DNA from: a virus
Lineage: Duplodnaviria > Caudoviricetes
Strand: one strand, 5' to 3'
Length of the DNA stretch: 64,000 nucleotides
IMG/VR virus record: IMGVR_UViG_2929707518_000001
Span: 6,335 to 70,334 of that record
The stretch's first letter is position 1. Each line of letters opens with the position of its first letter. Under the pieces are notes generated by a model that was not told the origin of the DNA, made no database searches, and saw only the letters and a program-made list of their open reading frames with translations. Below, piece by piece: positions 20,093 through 28,733 of the stretch. The position numbers were made by a program, and so were the translations under genes.

Positions 20093-21450
20093 TCGAGTTG
20101 CACCGTCCCCCCGGGCCGTGGGCCGTCATCATCGTCGAGCCACCAGGCGGTGTCGTCTGTCGGTTCCGGGGCTCGGTAGCCGGCGCCCGGACCCAGCGGA
20201 GTGAGGAGCCCTTCAGGCTGGACCGGGGTAGGCGTGTCGAGGAGCAGGAACTCGGGGCCAGTGCCCAGGTTGGTGAGCAAGTACCTGAGGCTGTCGCAGC
20301 TGTGGTCGTCAGCCGTCGTGTCGGCGTCCTCCGGATCACCCTTAGTGGCGTGTGGTAGATCGGACAGTTCGCGGTACAGCTCGGTCACCGTGGAGAACAG
20401 GTGCAGGCCGGGGCAGGTCTCCCAACCCAGAGCTCGATGGTGGGGGCAAGCGGGCTTCTCGGCGAGGTAGCTGCGGACGCGCTGCCAGCCTGTGACGCGG
20501 GAGCCTGCGCCTTTGCCTGCCCTCTCCAGGTGGACACCTTCGTCGGCGTACACGTCGGCAATGGCCTTCGCGTCACCGCGGGTGGCCCACATGGCGTCGT
20601 CGGCGAACCGGACTGAAACGTGCTCGCCTGGGGCTTCAGCGGCGAGAATCTCTTTCGCTTGGTCGGCTTCGCCGACTCCTCGCCTGTAGATCTCCCGGTA
20701 GATCCAGACACGGCCGTCCTCGTCGACTGCGCCCCAGAGGACTGCCCAAGGGGCCGAGAAGCCCCAGTCCAGGCCGTTGTAGCGCTTCCATGACGATGGA
20801 AGTGTGATCGGGTCTACGACATGCCGTTCACGCTTCAGCTCAGGGAAGAGCATGCCGGCGAACACATCCCAGTCTCCATCCAGGTATGCGGCACGAAGTT
20901 TCTCGGGTAGGGCCTGGAGGGATTGCGCGTATTCGGGGTTGACGTGCGGGTTGTCGGATAGCTTCGACGGGATGAAGCGGACCGGGCGGCCGTGCTCGCC
21001 GGTGACGACCGTTTCGCCGTAGTTCGTCGGCTGGATGTACCGAGTCTTGACTGCGCCGTGTCCGGGGCCGCCAGGGTTGGTGGCGGACCGGATTCCGAGT
21101 ACGGGGATGTCGGAGCGGCCGGAGCGAAGCCGGGATTCCAGGAACGAGCAGACGTCTGGGGGGGTGAGCGTCCGCTCATCGAAGATCAGCATCTGATACT
21201 GGCCGCCTAGCCGCCTGGACGCATCCTTGATGGACTCGGCGTACCGAAACATCAACAGCGATCCGTTCGGGAAGCGCAGCTCGTACTCCGTGCCATTCCA
21301 CGAGGCGCCAAGCGCGCCGGCGTATTCCGCCTGCGCGAGCTCCGCAAGCAATGACTCCTTCAGCTCGCCATAGGTGCGCCGGAATGCGCCGACCCGGATC
21401 CCCGGGTGCCGGACGCAGGTCCGTATTGCCTCCATGACGAGCGCGCGACT
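20089..21450 (-). CDS. Terminase large subunit, C-terminal part (reached by -1 frameshift, or frameshifted)
   Basis: IFDE Walker B, ATNPGG, DNPH, GLDWG and DHSCDSLRY motifs; lacks Walker A unless joined to the upstream ORF. Confidence 0.9.
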   Translation of the reverse strand, partial: SRALVMEAIRTCVRHPGIRVGAFRRTYGELKESLLAELAQAEYAGALGASWNGTEYELRFPNGSLLMFRYAESIKDASRRLGGQYQMLIFDERTLTPPDVCSFLESRLRSGRSDIPVLGIRSATNPGGPGHGAVKTRYIQPTNYGETVVTGEHGRPVRFIPSKLSDNPHVNPEYAQSLQALPEKLRAAYLDGDWDVFAGMLFPELKRERHVVDPITLPSSWKRYNGLDWGFSAPWAVLWGAVDEDGRVWIYREIYRRGVGEADQAKEILAAEAPGEHVSVRFADDAMWATRGDAKAIADVYADEGVHLERAGKGAGSRVTGWQRVRSYLAEKPACPHHRALGWETCPGLHLFSTVTELYRELSDLPHATKGDPEDADTTADDHSCDSLRYLLTNLGTGPEFLLLDTPTPVQPEGLLTPLGPGAGYRAPEPTDDTAWWLDDDDGPRPGGTVQLE

Positions 21451-21710
21451 TTTCCCCCGCCGGCCGCTCCGCCGTACAGCAAGTCGTACTCGGTGGCGTC
21501 GTGGAACTCCTGCTGCTTGGCGGTGGGAATGTACCCGAGCAGGCCGAAGACGTCGATCTTCCGCAGCCGCTCGGATTCCCGCCGCTGCGCTTCAGCCTGC
21601 AGGGCCTTCAGCTGGCGGAGCTTGTCCAGCTTCGCGCGGAGTAGCGGGGATTCCGAGTGCTCCGGCTCCGAGTTCGGCTTCGAGGCGCTGGATTTGGGCG
21701 TCGAGGGCAT
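21360..21710 (-). CDS. Terminase large subunit, N-terminal part up to Walker A
   Basis: PTAKQQEFH...LYGGAAGGGK; G GGA AAA at 21456-21450. Confidence 0.8.
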   Translation of the reverse strand: MPSTPKSSASKPNSEPEHSESPLLRAKLDKLRQLKALQAEAQRRESERLRKIDVFGLLGYIPTAKQQEFHDATEYDLLYGGAAGGGKVARSSWRQYGPASGTRGSGSAHSGAPMAS

Positions 21711-22068
21711 CGATCGTCAGCACCTCCAATTTGATGGCGCTGTCGAGGCCGAGGAGCTTGGCCCGGCGGTCGAGGATCTTGAGGGCGGCTTCGATGGCCC
21801 GGGGGTTGCCCTCCATCGCTTCCGGCCAGATCGCCTGCTGGAGGGAGTCGATGCGGGCGAGTTCGAGTTCCCGCCACGCCTCGATGGCCAGTCCCTCCTC
21901 GATGACGTGCTTCTCGAGGGCGCGCCGAATGTCGGCGCAGGCGGCGTTGCGGCCGGAGTAGCCGAGGGCCGCGGCGATTTCCGTGTAGGTGGCCCCTTCG
22001 ATTTTCATGCGGATGGCCTTGCCGCGGCGTTCGGCGGTGGAGGCCTGCTGTGCTTTTGATGCGACCAT
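21592..22068 (-). CDS. Terminase small subunit (HTH)
   Basis: ATYTEIAAALGY HTH; LDRRAKLLGLD motif; position. Confidence 0.8.
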   Translation of the reverse strand: MVASKAQQASTAERRGKAIRMKIEGATYTEIAAALGYSGRNAACADIRRALEKHVIEEGLAIEAWRELELARIDSLQQAIWPEAMEGNPRAIEAALKILDRRAKLLGLDSAIKLEVLTIDALDAQIQRLEAELGAGALGIPATPREAGQAPPAEGPAG

Positions 22069-22078
22069 CGCGGCCTCC

Positions 22079-22486
22079 TCAGGTCGTCCACGACGCCGGT
22101 AGCTGGACTGGTTCCAGCATGGGCTCGGGTGCGGGTAGCGGTTCGGGGGTGCAGTTGCATCCCGGGAGGTCGTCCGCTTGGGGGGCGGTGCAGGTCTTGG
22201 CGTGGACGTGGGCCGCGGCGTCGATGCCGATGGCGTGGTTGATGCAGCCGTGGACGACCCGTGTGCAGTCTGTGGCGAGCGGCAGCGGCCCGGGTTCCGG
22301 GGCCGCCGCCTGGGGGTCGGCGAGGAGGAGTTGCTCGTCGCGCTTGGCCTGGTAGGTGGCCAGGTAGGCGGTGACCTCGTCGTCGGTGAGCCGGCGCTGC
22401 CAGTGCACGGCGGCCGGCCCGCCGCAGAGTCCGCAGGTAGGGCCGCCCGAAATGGGCTCGATAGGTTGCGGATCTGGGGTGGTCAT
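22079..22486 (-). CDS. Hypothetical Cys/His-containing protein
   Basis: CGLC, CINH and CNC motifs; GAGGAG RBS. Confidence 0.6.
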   Translation of the reverse strand: MTTPDPQPIEPISGGPTCGLCGGPAAVHWQRRLTDDEVTAYLATYQAKRDEQLLLADPQAAAPEPGPLPLATDCTRVVHGCINHAIGIDAAAHVHAKTCTAPQADDLPGCNCTPEPLPAPEPMLEPVQLPASWTT

Positions 22487-22496
22487 CGGGGGCTCC

Positions 22497-24368
22497 TCAT
22501 TGGACGCCGTACCACTGGGAGGCCCAGCCGGTGTTGATGATCGTGGTGGTCTGCTGCGTCAGGTCCAGGGTGCCGGGCAGGCTGGACTGGCCGGACAGCA
22601 TGTTCGAGTACCGGAGTCGCGGGGCCGACAGGCCGCAGTTGACGGTGATGCCGGCCCCGGTCGCTTTGAACGTGAGGCCGTTGGTCGTCCATGTCCCGTT
22701 GAGCAGCATCGCGATGTAGTACTCGCCGGGTGCCGCGGTGAACGGGGTGACGAGGTCGACGCTCTTGCCGACGGCGCCAGTCAGCAGCGATGACGAGATG
22801 TCTGCGGTGACGCCGACGAGGGTGCCCGCGCTGTTGTAGACGCCCAGGTAGCAGTTCGCGAGGCTGGCCGCGCCGTCCACGCCGGCCAACCCGAACCAGA
22901 TTTTGGACCAGGTGATGGAGGCGCCCTTGATCGTCAGCTTGACGAGGGTGATGCGGCCCGCGACACCCGCGTTGGATTGCGCGGTGACGTGGCCAGCGTC
23001 GTTGGGGTCTCCAGTCCATGCGAGCAGGCCTTGGTCGCCGGGTTGCGGAGCGCCGTTCGCCAAGTTGATCCCCGAGGCCGCCGGCGCGGATCCGGAGACC
23101 TTCACGACCTCGAGGATCGAGCCGGCCTTCAGGGTGACGGCGGCGGCGTTGCTGGTCTGCTGCGCCCACCGCAGCCGGAGCAGGCCTGCGGTCGCGCCGG
23201 TGGTGACGATGCCGCGCGGCATGGCCATGATCCCGGCGAGGGTCGCGGAGGACGCCATCACGCCGATGTCCGAGTTCGAGCCGAACTGGCGCGCGGCCAC
23301 CTTGAGCTGCGCTGATCCGTCCGGGACGGTCGTGCCGAGCGTGCCAGCGAACGGCGCCCAGCCGCCGGTCGCGCCGGACGGCACCGTATAGGTGATCGTC
23401 GCGTCTGCGGCCTCAGGCCCGTCGAAGAGCAGGGTGGACGAGAATCGGTACACGCTGTTGGCCTCGAGGGAGGCGTACAGGTGCCCGTCGTCGGCGACCG
23501 TGGTGGTCGACGTCCGCGTCTCGTCGACCGATTTGACCACGGTCTGGGTGAGTGCGGACAGTGCACCGACTGCGGCGGTGGCGGCTCCTGCCGCGTCGGC
23601 GCCGATGTCGGCGGCGGTGAGGGCGTCGCTTCCGCCGGTGGCGTGGCTCGTCTTGTGGGCGATCGGTGTTCTGGCGTCGGACAGTCGACTGTCGTCACCG
23701 GTCGCGACAGTGCCGGCGGTCGTGCCGACAGCGCGGGTCGCCGAGTTGCCGAGCCCGAGGTTAGTTCGGGCGGTGGATGCCGAGCTGAGACTGCCAAGGT
23801 TGTCGGTCTTGGTCAGTGTCGTGTTCTCGACGGCGGTGACGCGACTCTCAAGCGCGCTACCTGCGCTGGCTGTGTACCCGCCGATGTCTGCCGGGCTGAG
23901 TACGTCGCTGCCGCCGGTCGCGTGGCTGGCCTTATGCGCGGTGGGGGTTCGTGCGTCCGTGAAGCGGGTGTCGTTGCCTGCCGCGGCGGTTCCTGCCCCG
24001 GTGCCGATGTTCGCGACGGCTGCGGTTCCGAGACCCAGGTTGGTTCGGGCAGTGCTTGTCGAGGTGAGGTCGGACAGGTTGCTGGTCTTCGCGAGCGCCC
24101 CAAGGAGCGCAGGGGTCAGGACCACGTCGCCCGTCAGGTTGTTGACGGATGAGACGGCCCCGCCGCCACCGCCTCCGCTGATCGGCTGCCCGCTCCCCCA
24201 AGCCCCGGCCGTCTTCGGTCCGTAGATGACGAGCGCCGAGGGGGTGGCGTTGTTGATGTACCAGTCGCCGTCGATGCCAGTCCCGGCCGAGGGCGCTCCG
24301 CTGCCGGCCAGGATGCTGTTCCCGCGCGGGCCTGACGTGCCGGCGGAAGAGACTACGACGTAGGGCAT
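22497..24368 (-). CDS. Tail fibre/spike-like protein with an internal duplication
   Basis: GIDGDWY, YGPKT and SVNNLTGDVVL motifs; two copies of ARTNLGLG...HKxSHATGGSD. Confidence 0.72.
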   Translation of the reverse strand: MPYVVVSSAGTSGPRGNSILAGSGAPSAGTGIDGDWYINNATPSALVIYGPKTAGAWGSGQPISGGGGGGAVSSVNNLTGDVVLTPALLGALAKTSNLSDLTSTSTARTNLGLGTAAVANIGTGAGTAAAGNDTRFTDARTPTAHKASHATGGSDVLSPADIGGYTASAGSALESRVTAVENTTLTKTDNLGSLSSASTARTNLGLGNSATRAVGTTAGTVATGDDSRLSDARTPIAHKTSHATGGSDALTAADIGADAAGAATAAVGALSALTQTVVKSVDETRTSTTTVADDGHLYASLEANSVYRFSSTLLFDGPEAADATITYTVPSGATGGWAPFAGTLGTTVPDGSAQLKVAARQFGSNSDIGVMASSATLAGIMAMPRGIVTTGATAGLLRLRWAQQTSNAAAVTLKAGSILEVVKVSGSAPAASGINLANGAPQPGDQGLLAWTGDPNDAGHVTAQSNAGVAGRITLVKLTIKGASITWSKIWFGLAGVDGAASLANCYLGVYNSAGTLVGVTADISSSLLTGAVGKSVDLVTPFTAAPGEYYIAMLLNGTWTTNGLTFKATGAGITVNCGLSAPRLRYSNMLSGQSSLPGTLDLTQQTTTIINTGWASQWYGVQ

Positions 24369-24380
24369 TCCGACCACCTC

Positions 24381-24752
24381 CTACGCCGCAGCTACGCGAC
24401 GGCTGAAGAGCGGGCCTTCGAGGAAGCACGTCTCATCGGGCAGGTCGGGATCCGTCCAGAGCGCGAATGCCCAGCAGCCCGTACCGAGGGCCAGCGTGGC
24501 AGAAGGTGAGAGAACTACCTGCACGGTCGAGGCGTCCACGTCGATACTCACGTAGCCCTGGGCTGTGGCCGTAGCCGTCACCCCTACGAGCGGCACCGGC
24601 GATGCGTCTGAAGCGCTCACGCGGACGGTGAAGGCGAAAGTCTTCCCCGCGATGTTCATGCGGGTGCCGTCGTCGTTGAAAAACTGGAAGGTCTGCGCCC
24701 ACTGCGAGCCCGCGACGAGGGCAATGCGATGCCGCTGCGGCAGGTCGGGCAT
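24381..24752 (-). CDS. Hypothetical virion protein (BppU-like N-terminal fold possible)
   Basis: Beta-rich 123 aa protein directly upstream of the fibre gene. Confidence 0.55.
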   Translation of the reverse strand: MPDLPQRHRIALVAGSQWAQTFQFFNDDGTRMNIAGKTFAFTVRVSASDASPVPLVGVTATATAQGYVSIDVDASTVQVVLSPSATLALGTGCWAFALWTDPDLPDETCFLEGPLFSRRVAAA

Positions 24753-24783
24753 GCGCAGCCACCCCCGATCGCCTTGCGGTAGG

Positions 24784-25011
24784 TCAGGCCGCCTGCAGGC
24801 TGTAGGTACGGCGGGCCCGTTCCCGGGTGGCCTTCTCGGCGCGGATCACGTCTATCGCCCGGAAGACAGGGCGACCGCGGCGCCGGTCGGCTGCAGCGAG
24901 GCGTCCGCGATAGCACCACGCGCGGACCACCTCGGCTGTGACGCCGGCGGCTTCTGCTGCTTCGGCGACGGTCCAGAGAGTCGCGTGGAGGTCTACGTCG
25001 AGGTCGACCAT
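24784..25011 (-). CDS. Small MerR/HTH_17-like DNA-binding protein
   Basis: WTVAEAAEAAGVTAEVVRAWCYRGRL. Confidence 0.75.
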   Translation of the reverse strand: MVDLDVDLHATLWTVAEAAEAAGVTAEVVRAWCYRGRLAAADRRRGRPVFRAIDVIRAEKATRERARRTYSLQAA

Positions 25012-25044
25012 CGTGTCCCCTTTCCGGCGCGCGCCCGGAATCGC

Positions 25045-25078
25045 AAAAGGCCCTCGCCGGGTGAACGGTGAGGGCCTT
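25045..25078 (-). terminator. Intrinsic terminator in the late leader
   Basis: Minus strand AAGGCCCTCACCG-TTCACC-CGGCGAGGGCC-TTTT. Confidence 0.7.
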
Positions 25079-25109
25079 GAGCACGTTTGGGCATGCTGCG
25101 TGTACCCGA

Positions 25110-25138
25110 ATCGTGATGCATCACGCGGCAGAAATCAA
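25110..25138 (-). promoter_or_regulatory. Putative late promoter
   Basis: TTGATT-17 nt-CACGAT, overlapping the palindrome CGTGATGCATCACG. Confidence 0.55.
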
Positions 25139-25890
25139 GCCGCCCGGGAAATGCCAGTGGCAAGACCCTTCACGTAGGCGTCGTATTCGTCGCTGGTGAG
25201 GATCCGCTGGCAGTCGGGGTCGCGGCATTCGATGTACGGCCGATCGCCGACGAGTCGGAGCTCTCTGGACTCGGCCAGATATGGACCGTGGCAGCGGGGG
25301 CAGGGCGCGAGCCGGCGGACGTCGTGCTGCGGGTGAGCTTTGATGAACCGCTGGGCGGCGCCGTGCCAGCCCCGGATTTGGCCGGCCGGGTTCGCATTCC
25401 CGCGGTCGTGGGGTTCGCTGGCTGCGGGGTGGTGCTGCATCATCCAGTCGAGGTGTGCGCCGAGTCTGCGGGCGGCGTCGGTGATGCGGCGGCCCTCGGT
25501 GATGCCGCTGCGGGTCGGCTCGGTGTCGGCGGCCCAGATCTTGCGGCGGGTGAGCACGTCGGCCGTCAGCTCCTCCATCTCGTCGAGTATCGCCTCGAGG
25601 AGGAGCCGCGCGGCTTGGCCGGGCCAGGCGGGGGCGTCGCTGGAGCCTCGCGATCCGATGGTGGCGGTACTCGGCGCGTGGGTGCCGTAGACGGATTCGA
25701 GCTGCACGGCGGCCAGGAGTTCGGGGATCTCGGCGAGCTGATGCCGGGCCCGCTCGAGGCAGGCATCGCATTGGACGGGCCGTCCCCAGGCGGGGGTGAG
25801 CGTGTGCTCGGTGCCGGTCTCCTCGAGGAGAGTCTCAGCGCGGCGCCAGGCCGAGTTGCAGTTTCCAGGACAGGGGGTTGCAGTGTGCAC
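25135..25890 (-). CDS. Zn-finger protein, putative late-gene regulator
   Basis: CPGNC, CDAC, CPRC and CRDPDC motifs; last early gene; AGGAG RBS. Confidence 0.6.
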   Translation of the reverse strand: MHTATPCPGNCNSAWRRAETLLEETGTEHTLTPAWGRPVQCDACLERARHQLAEIPELLAAVQLESVYGTHAPSTATIGSRGSSDAPAWPGQAARLLLEAILDEMEELTADVLTRRKIWAADTEPTRSGITEGRRITDAARRLGAHLDWMMQHHPAASEPHDRGNANPAGQIRGWHGAAQRFIKAHPQHDVRRLAPCPRCHGPYLAESRELRLVGDRPYIECRDPDCQRILTSDEYDAYVKGLATGISRAA

Positions 25891-26044
25891 GGTGGCTCCT
25901 CGACAGCGGTGGTGCGGAGGGCGCGGGGTGGTCTGGCGGCGGCGATCACCCACGCGCCCAGAATGGCATGCCGTGCAGACAAGGCAGTTGCACGATGGCG
26001 CAGGGGGCAAGACTTGTTGTCGCTCCTGCGGGTGCCGCTCATGC

Positions 26045-26329
26045 TCACGGGGACGGCTGGCCGGCCTCGCAATAACAGTCGGGGTCGGCGTTGCAGTAGC
26101 CGTACTGGTGGTGGTCGATGCGGTGGCCGCACTCGCACGGTTCGGACGGCAGCGGGTCGGCGAGTCCGGCGGCCCGCAGCCGGTCGTGGACGGCTCGAAG
26201 CTGCGGGGCGGCTTCGGTGGCTGGCGCGAGCCCGGCGAGGAGTTGCGCGGCCAGGCTGGTGAAGCGTCCCAGCTCGCGCAGGACAGTGTCCCGCTGCTCG
26301 CCGGTGAGGCCGTCGGGCAGGGTCGTCAC
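26045..26329 (-). CDS. Hypothetical protein with a C-terminal Cys/His cluster
   Basis: GTGA overlap; CECGH...CYC. Confidence 0.6.
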   Translation of the reverse strand: MTTLPDGLTGEQRDTVLRELGRFTSLAAQLLAGLAPATEAAPQLRAVHDRLRAAGLADPLPSEPCECGHRIDHHQYGYCNADPDCYCEAGQPSP

Positions 26330-26814
26330 GGTTGGGGCTCCTTGGGTTCGTCGAGGGCGGCGCGGATGTGGCGGATGGCGCCAAGGTGGCCGCCAGCCAG
26401 GTCAGCGTTGGTCGGGTTGTCGCGGACTGCACCTTCGATGCGGTCGCACTCGGTCCAGACTCGGGTGAGTGCCGTCTCGGCCTGCCTGGCCCGCTGCTTC
26501 TCGGCCCGCCATTGACGGTTGCGGAGGCTGATCTGAGCCCACAGGTTCTGGAGTTGAGTCGGGTCGGCGCCGTTCGCGCGTAGGCCACTGCGGAGAACGT
26601 GGAGTTCGGTCTCGGCGATCTCGGCGCGGCGGCGTTCGGTCTTCGCGGCCTTCTCGGCGCGCTCGGAGCGGCGCCCTACGAGGGTGGTGAGGCGGGCGGC
26701 GGCAGCGACCGAATCTTCGGCCTCCTGCTCGGCCGTAGCCAGCCGGGCGTACAGCTCGGCAAGTGCTTCGCTGGTCAGTTCCTCCAGCGGGATGTGGCCG
26801 GGCTGTTCGGTCAT
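26326..26814 (-). CDS. Hypothetical coiled-coil protein
   Basis: ATGA overlap with the exonuclease gene. Confidence 0.65.
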   Translation of the reverse strand: MTEQPGHIPLEELTSEALAELYARLATAEQEAEDSVAAAARLTTLVGRRSERAEKAAKTERRRAEIAETELHVLRSGLRANGADPTQLQNLWAQISLRNRQWRAEKQRARQAETALTRVWTECDRIEGAVRDNPTNADLAGGHLGAIRHIRAALDEPKEPQP

Positions 26815-27557
26815 CGTTCTTCTCCTGCCTTCTGTCGCGGGATGAGCGGCCACTCCCCGCGAACTTCAGCGCTCGGATCGGCGCGCCGGAACCAGGCCTG
26901 GAGCCCGGCCTGCTGCTCGGCCCGCCACGCGCGCTGGGCCGTGTACAGCTGCCCCGGCTCCATCGCGCTCAGCTGCGGGTACCGCTCGAACTGGGCTTCG
27001 GTGATCAGCAGGGCGGCCAGCGCGTCGGCTTCCGCAGTGTGCCAGTCGGTGAGTTCGACCCCGTACCGCTCGGCGGTCGGCTTCAGCTTCCGCATCCCCG
27101 AGCCCTTCACGTACCGGTCGACCTGCTTGTCGATGACGTGCGGGTCCAGCAGTGCGGGCTCTGTCAGGTCGAGCATCCGCTCACCCATCGACGGCAGCCG
27201 GTGCCGTTCCAGCTCGTAGGCGAGGACCGTCCAGTCGAACGACAAGTTGAACGCGATCACCGGCATGCCGGCCAGCAGGGCCTGCGCCAGATGGTCGGCG
27301 ATCTCGTCCAGGGCGACGGCAGGGTCGACGCCCGTCGCAGCCCGAGCATTGTCGACCCCGTGGATTGCCGTGGCCTCGGAGGGGATCGGCACCCCCGGGT
27401 TGATCAGCCAGGACGTCACCGTGTCGGGCAGGCCTCCGCCACGGGCGGCCAGTGCGGCCGTGACGATGCGGGCCTCGTGCGGGTCCGTGCCGGTGGTTTC
27501 GGTGTCGAAGGCGAGACGGCGGACGTCGCCGAGGCGCGTCATTGGTTCGATGGTCAC
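26811..27557 (-). CDS. DnaQ-like 3'-5' exonuclease (DEDDh)
   Basis: FDTETTG, AFNLSFD and HTAEADA motifs. Confidence 0.9.
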   Translation of the reverse strand: MTIEPMTRLGDVRRLAFDTETTGTDPHEARIVTAALAARGGGLPDTVTSWLINPGVPIPSEATAIHGVDNARAATGVDPAVALDEIADHLAQALLAGMPVIAFNLSFDWTVLAYELERHRLPSMGERMLDLTEPALLDPHVIDKQVDRYVKGSGMRKLKPTAERYGVELTDWHTAEADALAALLITEAQFERYPQLSAMEPGQLYTAQRAWRAEQQAGLQAWFRRADPSAEVRGEWPLIPRQKAGEER

Positions 27558-27751
27558 TGATCTTCCTTCAGCAGGCGGGTGGCGCGGACGGTGCGGAGGT
27601 CGCGGCGCATCTGCATGCGGCGCAGGATCTGGCGGGAGGTCGGCGCCTCCCAGCGGTGCCACCCGGCGGGCTGCTTCCAGCGCTGGGCGTGTTCGCGCTC
27701 GGGGATTCCGCAGTGACGGCAGGCGGACGGGGTGATCTCGCAGTCAGCCAC
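27554..27751 (-). CDS. Hypothetical protein (CxxC...H)
   Basis: VADCEITPSACRHCG; coupled starts and stops. Confidence 0.6.
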   Translation of the reverse strand: MADCEITPSACRHCGIPEREHAQRWKQPAGWHRWEAPTSRQILRRMQMRRDLRTVRATRLLKEDQ

Positions 27752-28016
27752 GGGGCACCTCCGCGATCGAGAAGGAACCCACCGTCCGGAACCCGGCGAA
27801 GATGAAGCCGTTCCTCGATTCCAGGTCGACGACGACCTCGAAGGACGGCGAGCCGAGGAACTGGCGGGCGTAGAGGGCGATGCTGTCGGCCAGGGCATCC
27901 CCAGTCAGCGCACGCTCGATCGGCGCGGGAGCAGGGGCACCCGACCGGCCGCCGTGTCGACCGATGCGGTCGAACGTGATCCGGTACACGGGAGCGTCAG
28001 CCACGGGGCACCTCCG
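27743..28016. repeat. 21-bp direct repeat at gene junctions (27743-27763 and 27996-28016)
   Basis: GTCAGCCACGGGGCACCTCCG in both places. Confidence 0.85.
27744..28004 (-). CDS. Hypothetical protein
   Basis: GTG start with GGAGG RBS, flanked by the 21-bp repeat. Confidence 0.6.
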   Translation of the reverse strand: MADAPVYRITFDRIGRHGGRSGAPAPAPIERALTGDALADSIALYARQFLGSPSFEVVVDLESRNGFIFAGFRTVGSFSIAEVPRG

Positions 28017-28590
28017 GCAGCGAGTCGTGCGGGTCCCCGACGGGCGCGGCCAGCGCAACCTGCTCGTTGGCGATCTCGCGAATTCCGCTGGCCATGACGT
28101 CGAGGAAGTTCACCGAGTCGTCGTCGTAGGCCGCGCCCTCCAGCAGGCGGGCAGCCTCCTGAAAGTTGTCGGCCCGGACGAGTTCTCCGGCGGCGACGTC
28201 CCGGCGGAGCCGTTCCAGACCGGCCTGCGCGTCGAACATGCGGGCCGGCCGGTCACGCTCGGCCTCCAGCTCGGCGATCCGATCCCGGTCCGCCCGCATG
28301 CGCTCGGCCGCGTCCGACAGGGCCTCGTTCGTCGCGTGCCGCTCGGCCTCCAGTTCGCACACCCGAGCCCGCAGATTCTTGACCTCGCGCTGAGCGGTCC
28401 GCGTCGCGTTCTCGGCCCGGAGCCTTGCCATGCCGGACTCATCGGCCCTGGCGATCAGCTTCTCGTTGTCCTTGATGACCTCGTTGCGCTGGTCACGGAA
28501 GGCGTCACGCTCCGCCCGCAGCCGGGCCAGCTCGGCCGCCGACTCCGGGTCGCAGTCCTGGACGGTCGGCACCAGCGGGCTATCAGTCAT
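27997..28590 (-). CDS. Hypothetical coiled-coil protein
   Basis: ELARLRAERD and LRARVCELEAER heptads. Confidence 0.65.
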   Translation of the reverse strand: MTDSPLVPTVQDCDPESAAELARLRAERDAFRDQRNEVIKDNEKLIARADESGMARLRAENATRTAQREVKNLRARVCELEAERHATNEALSDAAERMRADRDRIAELEAERDRPARMFDAQAGLERLRRDVAAGELVRADNFQEAARLLEGAAYDDDSVNFLDVMASGIREIANEQVALAAPVGDPHDSLPEVPRG

Positions 28591-28601
28591 GGTGGAGCCT
28601 T

Positions 28602-28733
28602 TCATTCGTCGTCGGTGTTGTCGTAGTCCTGCTCCCACCGGTCCCACGCCCGATCCTCGGCGGCCAGCTCACGGATGGTGGGCTCCCAAGAGGCGAGCGG
28701 ATACGGCTGGGCGTCCGGGGCGAGGTTGTTCAC
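28602..28733 (-). CDS. Small acidic hypothetical protein
   Basis: GTGA overlap with the upstream gene. Confidence 0.45.
   Translation of the reverse strand: MNNLAPDAQPYPLASWEPTIRELAAEDRAWDRWEQDYDNTDDE

Noticed and set aside
20089-21710. Intein or intron at the terminase Walker A
   Set aside because: There is no inserted sequence; the two halves join with a one-base shift.
23560-24100. Duplicated segment in the fibre gene as a DGR template/variable repeat pair
   Set aside because: Both copies are in-frame protein repeats, the differences are not adenine-specific, and there is no reverse transcriptase in the window.
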